In this document: one piece after another, positions 1-8,345 of the stretch | Position numbering within the stretch: the stretch's first letter is position 1 | How the letters are laid out: each line of letters begins with the position of its first letter | DNA from: Spirochaetaceae bacterium | GTDB taxonomy: Bacteria; Spirochaetota; Spirochaetia; DSM-27196; SLAA01 | Assembly: GCA_003552185.1 (NCBI GenBank) | Contig: PUOW01000218.1 | Location: 1 to 40,455, forward strand | Direction of reading: 5' to 3' | DNA: 40,455 nt | Position numbers and translations under genes: made by a program | The notes under the pieces: model-generated | Databases searched by the model: none | What the model was told of the DNA's origin: nothing | Seen by the model: the letters and a program-made list of their open reading frames with translations, nothing else

Positions 1-441
1 CGGCAGGCCGACCAGGTCTCGAGCGAGGCCAAAAAGCGGCGCGCCGCCGAGATTCGCGAGATCTCCGAGAATAACCGCGTACGCTACCGTCGCGGCTTCA
101 CCGGCCTGAACCAGCGGCTCCTCCTCGAGCGCGTGGTGCCCGAGGGCTCGGCGAATCTACGCGCTGCAAGCCCCGACCGCGGCGCGGGCGGCGGCCGCGG
201 CGCGGGCGGCGGCCGCGGCACCGGCACCGCGCAACTCATCGGTCACGGATACGGAGAGCACTACGTACCGATCGCGTTGTACGGCGAGCGCGGCTCGGCA
301 GGGCGTTCGGATCTCCGCGCGGTCCCCAACAGTTTTGTCGAGGTAACGATCGCGGGACTTTCGGACGATCACAACGCCGTACTCGAGGCCGTTCCGCACC
401 AAGCATCCGGCCCGGTAAGGCTCGACTCAGCGACCGCTTAA
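1..441 (+). CDS. mtaB: 3' part of a tRNA methylthiotransferase, MtaB-like (MiaB family), truncated by the window start
   Basis: Frame 1 is open from base 1 to TAA 439-441. It reads ..DQVSSEAKKRRAAEIREIS..YRRGFTG..LLLE..GHGYGEHYVPI, which resembles the end of the radical-SAM core and the TRAM region of MtaB/MiaB enzymes. It carries a Gly/Arg insertion. Confidence 0.7.
   Translation, partial: RQADQVSSEAKKRRAAEIREISENNRVRYRRGFTGLNQRLLLERVVPEGSANLRAASPDRGAGGGRGAGGGRGTGTAQLIGHGYGEHYVPIALYGERGSAGRSDLRAVPNSFVEVTIAGLSDDHNAVLEAVPHQASGPVRLDSATA
178..219 (+). repeat. In-frame 18-bp tandem duplication (CGCGGCGCGGGCGGCGGC x2 plus partial) encoding RGAGGG repeats
   Basis: Units at 178-195 and 196-213, partial 214-219. 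Confidence 0.85.
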
Positions 442-481
442 CACACACCGCTTGACACGCGCGGTATAATTGCTTACCACA

Positions 482-502
482 GTACTTATCATTAATAGGA
501 GG
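482..502 (+). promoter_or_regulatory. Candidate operator GTACTTATCATTAAT directly followed by RBS AGGAGG
   Basis: 482-496 matches 6932-6946 (suf promoter) at 13 of 15 positions. AGGAGG at 497-502, ATG at 508. Confidence 0.5.
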
Positions 503-507
503 TCGGT

Positions 508-834
508 ATGGCCCAGTACATAACACTCTCAGACAGCGCGCGGCGGCAGCTGCGGCAGTTGGAGGTGTCGCATGAGAACGCGCTACGACTTTGGGTCGAG
601 GCAGGCGGCTGTTCCGGCATGAGCTACGCCGCCGGGATCGATTCTACCCGCGCTCCCGAGGATGCCGTGCTATTTGAGGACGAAGAGATCCGGGTGATCA
701 CCGACCCCGCGAGTCTTCCGCATTTCGCCGGGCTCGAGGTCGATTACTCGGATGACTTGGTGCGTGCCGGGTTTCGCTTCTCGAACCCGAACGCGCTGCA
801 CACCTGTGGCTGCGGGCAAAGCTTTCAAGCATGA
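508..834 (+). CDS. iscA: A-type iron-sulfur cluster carrier (HesB/IscA/SufA/ErpA family)
   Basis: GGCSGMSY and C-terminal FSNPNA..CGCGQSF motifs; strong RBS. Confidence 0.95.
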   Translation: MAQYITLSDSARRQLRQLEVSHENALRLWVEAGGCSGMSYAAGIDSTRAPEDAVLFEDEEIRVITDPASLPHFAGLEVDYSDDLVRAGFRFSNPNALHTCGCGQSFQA

Positions 835-855
835 CCGAGACCCGATGATCTCTCC

Positions 856-922
856 GGCGAGTATCCCGGCGGCCCCTTCCCCCTTTCGTGGTGTGTGGTT
901 GGGCCACCGGGAGCTCGCCTTT
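856..922 (+). terminator. Long imperfect hairpin after iscA (terminator or structured RNA)
   Basis: Pairings GGCGAG(856-861)/CTCGCC(914-919), TCCCGG/CCGGGA and GGCCC/GGGCC, followed only by TTT. Confidence 0.4.
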
Positions 923-1014
923 CCACAGGTGTCGACCGGCGCTCCGACCGCCGCCCCTCGGATCGCCGCAAACGCCGGCCGGCACGGGAGCGTGCGCCGG
1001 CAAGGAGGAACGAG

Positions 1015-1230
1015 GTGAAGCAGATCGAGATCTCGGGTGGTGAATCGGTATACTGCATCAACGAGCGGCAACTACGCGCCGCGTATGATCTCGCAATGAC
1101 CGACCGGAAGAGCTCTGCGAGAATTCAGCAGCTGTTGTCGGAACTCGAGACACGCTTAACGCGCAACGAGCGCGCGGCGCTTGCGTTTATCTTGATCGAT
1201 TATCTGTTGAAGTACAGCCACGACGAGTGA
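1015..1230 (+). CDS. Small hypothetical protein, 71 aa (MKQIEISGGESVYCINERQL...LLKYSHDE)
   Basis: GTG at 1015 preceded by AAGGAGG (1002-1008). Composition is protein-like and amphipathic from 1015, whereas the ORF-track extension from 895 is Arg-rich junk. Confidence 0.75.
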   Translation: MKQIEISGGESVYCINERQLRAAYDLAMTDRKSSARIQQLLSELETRLTRNERAALAFILIDYLLKYSHDE

Positions 1231-1248
1231 CGACTCGCTCTTGAGGGC

Positions 1249-2454
1249 TCACGCGAGCCCCGAACGCCAGAAGCGTCCGTCGGAGGCTCGAAACAGGCGG
1301 TCGCGCAACGCGAGCCCGACCCCTTCCGGCGGCGGGAGCTCGGCCAAGATGCTGTCGCAGCCGATGCTGTCGAACCACACGAAACTGCGGTACAACTCTC
1401 GCCCATACTCATCAAGATCGGAAAACACACGAACCGAGAGGGTAACATCGCCGGTGCTCGATTCCGTCGCGCCCCACGCCGGGCTGAGCAACATCGCCCC
1501 CACCCGCTGCGGACCGGGCGCACTCGGTGCACCGGGCGCATGCGGCGCACCGCTCGGCTCGGTACTCGCCTCGGCACTCCACGCCTCCTGCGCCTCCCCG
1601 CCTCCGGGCGGCAGCAGGTAGACCCGCGCCTTCGGGCGGTAGTGCGCGTGACGGGTGCCGGGAGAGACCGAAAGCTCGCCGTGATTGGAGTCCTCGGTCG
1701 GAGCATCCTCGGCGCTCCGGTACACGATCCGGTACCGAGCCCTGCAGGTCTCATCGCGCCCACCGGCGCCGTGTCGAGCCTCTCCACCTGCGGCCGCCTT
1801 CGCGGCGCACGCGGTTTCAAACTCAGACAGCGCGGCCGCGAGCATCTCCGGCGTAACCGACCCCGGACGCAACAGCTGCACCGTCCGGCTCAGGTCGTCG
1901 ACGCGCGCCACGGTCGATTCGATACCGTAGCGGCATTCGCCGCCGTCGATGATCGCGGCGACCCGCCCGTACATCGCGGAGCGCGCCGCCGCAAACTCGG
2001 TGGGGCTCGGCTCGCCTGAACGGTTGGCGCTCGGGGCCGCGATCGGCCGAGCGGCGGCGGCGATCAGGCGCCGAGCCACCGGATGCAGCGGAACCCGCAC
2101 CGCCACGGTGTCGAGGCCCGCCGAGACCTCCCCGGCGACAGCTCGCGAGCGCGGCAGCACCAAGGTAAACGGTCCCGGTGCAAAGTACGTGAGAAGCCAC
2201 GCCTCCAGATCGCTTACCTGCCCCGCCACGCCGGCGAGCTCAGCGAGCGAAGACAGGTGCACGATCAACGGGTTGTCGGCGGGCCGGCCTTTCGCCGCGA
2301 AGATCGAGCTCACCGCGCGGGGGTTTGCCGCATCCGCTCCAAGCCCGTAGACCGTCTCGGTCGGGAACACAACCAACCTGCCGTCGCGCAGCAGCCTGCC
2401 GGCGTACTCGAGTTCACGCTGTGTCGTACCCAGAAGCTCGGTCCGCTGTTGCAT
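1249..2454 (-). CDS. tsaC: L-threonylcarbamoyladenylate synthase, Sua5 type (YrdC domain plus SUA5 C-terminal domain)
   Basis: FPTETVYGLGA, KGRPADNPLIVH, AAPSANRSG, GIESTV, SPGTRHAHY, ALRDRLFRAS. Confidence 0.95.
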   Translation of the reverse strand: MQQRTELLGTTQRELEYAGRLLRDGRLVVFPTETVYGLGADAANPRAVSSIFAAKGRPADNPLIVHLSSLAELAGVAGQVSDLEAWLLTYFAPGPFTLVLPRSRAVAGEVSAGLDTVAVRVPLHPVARRLIAAAARPIAAPSANRSGEPSPTEFAAARSAMYGRVAAIIDGGECRYGIESTVARVDDLSRTVQLLRPGSVTPEMLAAALSEFETACAAKAAAGGEARHGAGGRDETCRARYRIVYRSAEDAPTEDSNHGELSVSPGTRHAHYRPKARVYLLPPGGGEAQEAWSAEASTEPSGAPHAPGAPSAPGPQRVGAMLLSPAWGATESSTGDVTLSVRVFSDLDEYGRELYRSFVWFDSIGCDSILAELPPPEGVGLALRDRLFRASDGRFWRSGLA

Positions 2455-2464
2455 CGCGCGAACC

Positions 2465-2773
2465 TCAGCACTTCACGTAGATGTAGCCGTCTTCCTCGTT
2501 GATCATCGTGGGAAAGGTCCGAACCGGTCGCGTCGCAGGGAAGTCTTTCACCGCCCCGGTGCGAATCTCAAACCGCGAACCGTGTTTCGGACAGTACACG
2601 TCTCCGTCCACGATCATACCTTCCACCAAAGGCGAGTACTCGTGCGAACACGAGTTCTCGGTCGCATAGACTCCGTCTTCCAGCTTGAAGACCGCGATCT
2701 CTTTTCGTCGATGGACAAACTTGTAGGTTCGTTCAAACTCGGTGGGTTTTACCACCTTATGCCAACGCGCCAC
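2465..2773 (-). CDS. Rieske [2Fe-2S] ferredoxin
   Basis: CSH...CPKHGSRFEIRTG Rieske ligands; GAGGAG RBS before the GTG start. Confidence 0.93.
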   Translation of the reverse strand: MARWHKVVKPTEFERTYKFVHRRKEIAVFKLEDGVYATENSCSHEYSPLVEGMIVDGDVYCPKHGSRFEIRTGAVKDFPATRPVRTFPTMINEEDGYIYVKC

Positions 2774-2949
2774 AACTGCTCCTCACACAGAATATCGGTA
2801 CCGTACCGGCGCACCACGAAAAACCGACCCAGCCCGAACCTCGCGACCCGGCAGCGCGCCGCTTAGCGACGCCGGGCCTGAGCCGGTTCACCGTAAGATT
2901 TCGAATCGCGTATCGACGCCTCGCGCAAGGGGTATCGAGCGTAGCCTTT

Positions 2950-4347
2950 TCAGTCTTCCTCGAGCGCCTCGAGAATGCGTTCCGAGACAATTCCGCGCAG
3001 CTGTTCACGCAGGGACTCCGGCGCACGCGTGATCACCTCGTCGAAGTACCCGGCCACCAGCAACTGCTTCGCCTCGGCTTCGCTGAAACCCCGCGTCTGC
3101 AAATAATGCTGCTGATTGCGGTCTATCTTTCCGGTCGTGGACCCGTGGCTACACTTTACATCGTTGGTGTGGATTTGCAAACAAGGGATCGAGTCGGCTC
3201 GTGCGCCGTCGTTCAACAACAGATTGTTGTTGGTGAGGTACGCGTCGGTCTGGGTTGCGTCATGGTCCACGTAGATAAGACCTTGATACACCGACCTCGC
3301 CTCGTCGAGCATCGCTCCCTTGTACAGCGCCAAGCTCAGCGCGTTCGGAGCGTTATGACGCTGCACGGTTCGGAGGTCCATGTGTTGATCCTCCCGGCCG
3401 AAATAGACGCCGTCGAGATGGAGGTTGGCGCCGCTGCCGTTCAGGTGCCCGTCGACCCGAGTTTTGCTGAACATGCCGCCGAACTGCCCGACAAAGTGCG
3501 CTCCGACTGCGTCGCGCCCGAGATATCCCGTGCCGTTACTGAACAGAGACGAGTCGATGTTCAGGTCGTGAAGCTCCGCGATACTGAGCGCCCCGTTGTC
3601 GCCGACCTCGAAATCAAATCCGGCGTTCACCAATACCTCGCCCTCGTCTGCACCCGAGGAGCGCACCGTGACCGTGGCGCGAGCGCCGGTCTCGGTTATC
3701 GCAAACAGGTGGGGAGCAAAGAAGGCTTTGTCGCCGTCGTAGCTCAGTCTCAACTCAAACGGCCGACGCAGCTCGTGGTTGCGCGGAACGTACAGTACCG
3801 CGCCGTGCGTCAGCGTACTGTAGTGCCACAGCTGCACGCGGTTCTCGGCCTGCCGCACCGCGGCTCCCCAGAGGCGTTCCACCGCCTTGCGTGCCTCGGC
3901 CATCCGGGGATCGTGATTCGCCTCGCTCAACACTCGGCTGAGCGGCACAAACAGCACCCCTGCCTCTTCGGCTTCGCGAGAGAGTGCGTACTCTATACAG
4001 TCCTGATTCTTGAACGCGATCACGCCCGAGACCCCCGAGCCCGCATCGGTCGTATCGCCCGACTCGGTTGCTTGCTCGCTGGGGTCTACGCCCCGACGCC
4101 CGTCTTCCTGAAGCCGCGACGGCTCGAGCACCTGCCCCGGCGGTCTTACATGGTAGCTGTCGAACTCGTAACTCGAGATATCCGAGCGCCGCCATTCTTC
4201 GTCTCGCATGCTCGGCCATTCCGCAACGGCGAAACGTCCCCGCGCCTCTGCGCGCAACGCTCCGACCCAGTCCGGCGCGCCGCAGGAGTGCGCGTACTGC
4301 TCAAGGTCTTTGGTTGCGCTGAACTCGCGTAGTTGTGTGTTACTCAT
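2950..4347 (-). CDS. sufD: Fe-S cluster assembly protein SufD
   Basis: EEWRRSD, QHMD, P.LQIHTNDVKCSHGSTTG, YLQTRG; follows sufB. Confidence 0.93.
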   Translation of the reverse strand: MSNTQLREFSATKDLEQYAHSCGAPDWVGALRAEARGRFAVAEWPSMRDEEWRRSDISSYEFDSYHVRPPGQVLEPSRLQEDGRRGVDPSEQATESGDTTDAGSGVSGVIAFKNQDCIEYALSREAEEAGVLFVPLSRVLSEANHDPRMAEARKAVERLWGAAVRQAENRVQLWHYSTLTHGAVLYVPRNHELRRPFELRLSYDGDKAFFAPHLFAITETGARATVTVRSSGADEGEVLVNAGFDFEVGDNGALSIAELHDLNIDSSLFSNGTGYLGRDAVGAHFVGQFGGMFSKTRVDGHLNGSGANLHLDGVYFGREDQHMDLRTVQRHNAPNALSLALYKGAMLDEARSVYQGLIYVDHDATQTDAYLTNNNLLLNDGARADSIPCLQIHTNDVKCSHGSTTGKIDRNQQHYLQTRGFSEAEAKQLLVAGYFDEVITRAPESLREQLRGIVSERILEALEED

Positions 4348-4400
4348 ATCGTTATCCTCTTCTGAGGCCTCGGCCTTTACGCCCTCGGCAGATCACCGCG

Positions 4401-5804
4401 TTAGCCGACCGAGCCCTCCATCTCGAGTTCGATTAAGCGGTTGAGCTCAACCGCGTACTCCATCGGGAGCTGTTTCACGAGCGGGTCTAGAAATCCGTTT
4501 ACTATCGTGAGCGCGGCCTCGTCCTCGTCCATGCCGCGGCTCATCAAATAGAACAACTGCTCCTCGCTGATCTTACTGACGCGCGCTTCGTGTTCCATCG
4601 AGACATCGTCGGACTGAATATCCATGTACGGATAGGTGTTGCTCGTCGATTCCTCATCGATCAACAACGCATCACAGACGACATGGCTCTTGACCTCTTC
4701 GAGGTTCGGCTCAACCTTGATCTGACCGCGGTAGCTTGCGGTTCCGCCGCCCTTGCTGATCGACTTCGAGGTGATCACCGAACTGGTATTGCTCGCGGCG
4801 TGCACCGCCTTCCCGCCGGTGTCTTGCTCCTGCCCGCTTCCGGCGAACGCAATCGAGAGCACCTCGCCGTGCGCTCCCTCGCCCATCAACCAGATCGAAG
4901 GATACTTCATCGTGCGCTTGCTTCCGATGTTTCCGTCGACCCACTCCACGGTGGCGTTGCGGTGCGCGACGGCGCGTTTGGTCACGAGATTGTAGATATC
5001 GCTCGACCAGTTCTGGATTGTTGTGTAACGCACGCGAGATCCCGGCAGTGCGATGATCTCTACCACGGCCGAGTGCAGCGAGTCGGTCGAGTAGATCGGG
5101 GCGGTACAGCCCTCGATGTAGTGCACGAAGCTGTCTTCGTCGGCGATGATCAGCGTTCGCTCGAACTGCCCGAAGTTCTCGCTGTTGATGCGGAAGTAGG
5201 CCTGCAGAGGGACCTCGACCGTGACGCCTTTCGGGACATACACAAAACTCCCGCCCGACCAAACCGCCGAGTTAAGCGCCGCGAACTTGTTGTCGTCGGG
5301 CGGAATAACGGTGCCGAAGTACTGCTTCACCAGCTCAGGGTGCTCGCGTACCGCGGTCTCGGGATCGCTGAACAGCACGCCCTGCTTCGCAACGCTTTCC
5401 TGTATGTTGTGGTACACCATCTCGGAGTCGTACTGCGCTCCGACCCCGGCAAGGAATTTACGCTCGGCCTCCGGGATTCCGATGCGGTCGAAGGTGCGCT
5501 TGATCTCGTCGGGCACATCGTCCCAGGTGCGTGTCTGCCGGTCGCTCGGCTTGGCGTAGTAATAGAACTCGTCGAAATCAATATCCGAGAGGTCGGCGCC
5601 CCAGTTCGGCATCTCCTTCGCCAGAAACGCCTCGAGCGATCGTAAGCGAAACTGTCTCATCCAGTCCGGCTCACCCTTGTGATCCGCGATCGCGTTCACA
5701 ACGTCTGCGTTGAGCCCTTTCTCGGCCTTGTATACGCTTCGGTCCGGATAGTGAAATCCGAACTTATATTCACCGATATCAACGGCTTGCGGTTGACTGC
5801 TCAC
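4401..5804 (-). CDS. sufB: Fe-S cluster assembly protein SufB
   Basis: [57 protein letters not shown]. Confidence 0.98.
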   Translation of the reverse strand: MSSQPQAVDIGEYKFGFHYPDRSVYKAEKGLNADVVNAIADHKGEPDWMRQFRLRSLEAFLAKEMPNWGADLSDIDFDEFYYYAKPSDRQTRTWDDVPDEIKRTFDRIGIPEAERKFLAGVGAQYDSEMVYHNIQESVAKQGVLFSDPETAVREHPELVKQYFGTVIPPDDNKFAALNSAVWSGGSFVYVPKGVTVEVPLQAYFRINSENFGQFERTLIIADEDSFVHYIEGCTAPIYSTDSLHSAVVEIIALPGSRVRYTTIQNWSSDIYNLVTKRAVAHRNATVEWVDGNIGSKRTMKYPSIWLMGEGAHGEVLSIAFAGSGQEQDTGGKAVHAASNTSSVITSKSISKGGGTASYRGQIKVEPNLEEVKSHVVCDALLIDEESTSNTYPYMDIQSDDVSMEHEARVSKISEEQLFYLMSRGMDEDEAALTIVNGFLDPLVKQLPMEYAVELNRLIELEMEGSVG

Positions 5805-6561
5805 GGCTTTCCTCCTCTATACCGTACTGCTTGCGCACCCAGTCGTATCCCTTGGCTTCGAGCTCGCTCACGAGCTCCTGACCTCCGGAGGTTACGACGC
5901 GCCCCTGGTACATGATGTGCACAAAATCAGGCTGAATATGGTCAAGAATGCGCTGATAATGCGTGATCACGAGCGCCCCAAACTCCGAGCCGCGCATCTT
6001 ATTCACGCCCCGCGCAACAACCTTGAGCGCGTCGATGTCGAGTCCCGAGTCGGTCTCGTCAAGAATCGCGAACGCCGGCTTGAGCATCAAAAGCTGCAGG
6101 ATCTCCATGCGCTTCTTCTCTCCGCCCGAAAATCCCTCATTGAGGTAGCGATTGACGAACTGCTGATCCATTTCCATGAAATCCATCATCTCGCGCAGCT
6201 CACGGATGAACTCCTTGGTCTTGGTCTGTTCCTCACCGAAACGTATTTCGCAGGCGCGCTTGAGAAACCGTCCTACCGTTACGCCCGCTATCTCGACCGG
6301 GTACTGAAACGCCATAAACAGCCCCAGCCGAGCGCGCTCATGCACCTCCATCTCAAGGAGATTCTCACCGTTTACCCGTATTTCGCCGCCGGTTACCTCG
6401 TATGCCGGATGGCCGAGGATGACGTTCGAGAGCGTGCTTTTGCCGGATCCGTTGGGGCCCATCAAGGCGTGAATCTCTCCGGTGTTCATCTCGAGGTTTA
6501 CCCCGTTCAGGATCGGGGTGTCCTCAACCGTAGCGCGTAAATCCTTAATCGTGATCTGCAT
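5779..6561 (-). CDS. sufC: Fe-S cluster assembly ATPase SufC
   Basis: [48 protein letters not shown]; overlaps the sufB start by 26 nt. Confidence 0.98.
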   Translation of the reverse strand: MQITIKDLRATVEDTPILNGVNLEMNTGEIHALMGPNGSGKSTLSNVILGHPAYEVTGGEIRVNGENLLEMEVHERARLGLFMAFQYPVEIAGVTVGRFLKRACEIRFGEEQTKTKEFIRELREMMDFMEMDQQFVNRYLNEGFSGGEKKRMEILQLLMLKPAFAILDETDSGLDIDALKVVARGVNKMRGSEFGALVITHYQRILDHIQPDFVHIMYQGRVVTSGGQELVSELEAKGYDWVRKQYGIEEESREQSTASR

Positions 6562-6611
6562 CTATGATCTCCTTGTTGGTTTCAGTCACCTGTATGCCGT
6601 TATCTTGTCCG

Positions 6612-6917
6612 TCAAATGGGGTACCCCAGTTCGAGCCGAGCCTCTTCGCTCATGAAATCGATACTCCACGGCGGGTTCCAGACCAAGTTGGTCTGCACCT
6701 CGGAAACCCCGGTCTTTTCATGCAGAACCCGCTTGATATCGTTTTGGATGGTCTCGGCCAGTGGGCATCCCGGGGAAGTCAGAGTGAAATCGACCTCGAC
6801 TCGGTCTTCCTCGGGCTTCACTCGATAGATCAAGCCGACATCTACAATGTTCATGCCCAGCTCAGGGTCGATCACCTCGCTAAGGGCATCAAGACACGCA
6901 CTCTTCGTTGCCGCCAT
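6612..6917 (-). CDS. sufT: DUF59/SufT metal-sulfur cluster assembly factor
   Basis: VIDPELGMNIVDVGLIY, TLTSPGCP, VWNPPW...MSEEARLELG. Confidence 0.93.
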   Translation of the reverse strand: MAATKSACLDALSEVIDPELGMNIVDVGLIYRVKPEEDRVEVDFTLTSPGCPLAETIQNDIKRVLHEKTGVSEVQTNLVWNPPWSIDFMSEEARLELGYPI

Positions 6918-6943
6918 ATCGCACCTCTCGCGTATTTATCATC

Positions 6944-6972
6944 AATTTACTCAAGATTACCGCAGTGATCAA
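6944..6972 (-). promoter_or_regulatory. Sigma70-type promoter of the suf operon
   Basis: Minus strand TTGATC(6972-6967)-17 nt-TAAATT(6949-6944), overlapped by an AT-rich operator-like sequence at 6932-6958. Confidence 0.65.
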
Positions 6973-7105
6973 GCTCCCGCCGGTTTTTCATACCGACACG
7001 AGTCTTGTAGGTGTCGGCAGGTGCTGCTGACAGAGTTGAACAGATGTACTACCCTCCAGTCATATCGCTCGGCAAGCGTGGCGAGTGAGAAGGACAAGAG
7101 GCACA

Positions 7106-7723
7106 ATGATCGAAGAGCAACCACGCCGGTCCGAGTTAGACCCTGAGTTATTGCTCGTCGTGTGTCACCCGATCGGCGGGAGTTTCACGCATGCGGTCGC
7201 TGCCGTGATCGAGGACGGCGCGGCGCGCTGCGGTCTTGAGACACGTCGGATAGATCTCTACCACGACCTGCCGTCGCCGGTCTTGAGCGCGGACGAACTG
7301 CGACGCGGAGTGAGTTTCGACGAAACAATTCTCGCGCATCAGGGCCTCTTGGCCACGGTCTCGCGACTTGCGGTGGTGCACCCGGATTGGTGGGGCGGGC
7401 CGCCGGCGCTGCTCAAGGGCTGGGTCGAGCGGGTGTTCCGCGCCGGTATCGCGTATCGGTTTACCGGTGAGGAGTTCATGCCGAAGGTGAAGCAAGGCTT
7501 GCTCGGTCACCTGAGCGCCCTGGCCGCGTACACCACCGACAGTACGCCCGAGACCGCCGAACAGAGCGTTGAGCGGTTCTGGCGAGAATCGGTCTTTGCG
7601 TTCTGCGGAGTGGTGCGTTGCGAGTGTTACGGGTTTCACGAGATGTATTCCGCCGGGCCGGGAGTCCGAACGCGGCGCCTGCGGGAGTTTGAAGCAACGG
7701 CGCGAGCCTGGCTTGCAGGCTGA
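7106..7723 (+). CDS. Flavodoxin-fold NAD(P)H-dependent oxidoreductase (Flavodoxin_2 / NAD(P)H:quinone reductase)
   Basis: CHP..GSFT, IDLY, HPDWWGGPPALLKGWVERVFRAGIAY; ATG at 7106 after GAGG. Confidence 0.9.
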   Translation: MIEEQPRRSELDPELLLVVCHPIGGSFTHAVAAVIEDGAARCGLETRRIDLYHDLPSPVLSADELRRGVSFDETILAHQGLLATVSRLAVVHPDWWGGPPALLKGWVERVFRAGIAYRFTGEEFMPKVKQGLLGHLSALAAYTTDSTPETAEQSVERFWRESVFAFCGVVRCECYGFHEMYSAGPGVRTRRLREFEATARAWLAG

Positions 7724-7815
7724 CACAGCCCAAACCGGGGCATTTGACGCCACGCAGTTGCAGACGGACGGGACCCAACGCGCGAGAAGAGAACCATATG
7801 AACGAGGAGGACGGT

Positions 7816-8316
7816 ATGAGAGAGATTATCCTGTATCGCCATGCCGAGGCCGAGCCGGCCGGAGGCGGCCGGCCGGACCGGGAGCGCCGACTAACCGCCG
7901 AAGGGCGTGAAACCGCTCGGCAGGTCGGGTTCCAGCTGCGACATCACCGGCGCATTCCGCAACGCGTACTGTGCTCCGACGCCCGCCGAGCGGTGGAAAC
8001 CGCCGAACTTAGCGCCGAGACCGCCGAAGCCCCGGCGGCGGTTGAGCGCGTGCCGGCGCTTTACTCCGCCGGCCCCGACGAGTATCTCGCTCTGTTTGCC
8101 GATCAGCCGCAGGAGCTCGACCGTGTTATGATCGTAGGACACAACCCGATCATTGCCGAGGTGCTCGAACGATTGACCGGCGAGCGACGGCGGGTTCGTT
8201 CGGGTGATGCAGCGGTGCTGCAGTTCACAGTCGCTGAGTGGTTAACGATTGCGGTGGAGATGCGGGCGACGCTGGTAGCGATGCTCCCGGAAGAGCCGCC
8301 GCGCTCAGCGCGATAG
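7816..8316 (+). CDS. sixA: Phosphohistidine phosphatase, SixA family
   Basis: LYRHAEA, DRERRLT..G, CSDARRA.ETA, IVGHNP; GAGGAGG RBS before ATG 7816 (alternative ATG 7798). Confidence 0.88.
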   Translation: MREIILYRHAEAEPAGGGRPDRERRLTAEGRETARQVGFQLRHHRRIPQRVLCSDARRAVETAELSAETAEAPAAVERVPALYSAGPDEYLALFADQPQELDRVMIVGHNPIIAEVLERLTGERRRVRSGDAAVLQFTVAEWLTIAVEMRATLVAMLPEEPPRSAR

Positions 8317-8345
8317 GCGAAACGCGACGCGGAGGACGGGATTCA

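Noticed and set aside
452-470. Perfect TTGACA (452-457) and TATAAT (465-470) upstream of iscA as one sigma70 promoter
   Set aside because: The spacer is only 7 nt. A promoter is likely here, but these two hexamers cannot be its -35/-10 pair.
508-834. Selenocysteine readthrough of the iscA TGA suggested by the downstream hairpin
   Set aside because: The protein is already complete at CGCGQSFQA with all three conserved Cys.
3106-5645. Long plus-strand ORFs 3106-4332 and 4590-5645
   Set aside because: Antisense shadows of sufD and sufB caused by GC-rich codon usage; no recognisable motifs.
4401-5804. Intein in SufB, a known intein host
   Set aside because: The 467-aa sequence is continuous and of normal length.
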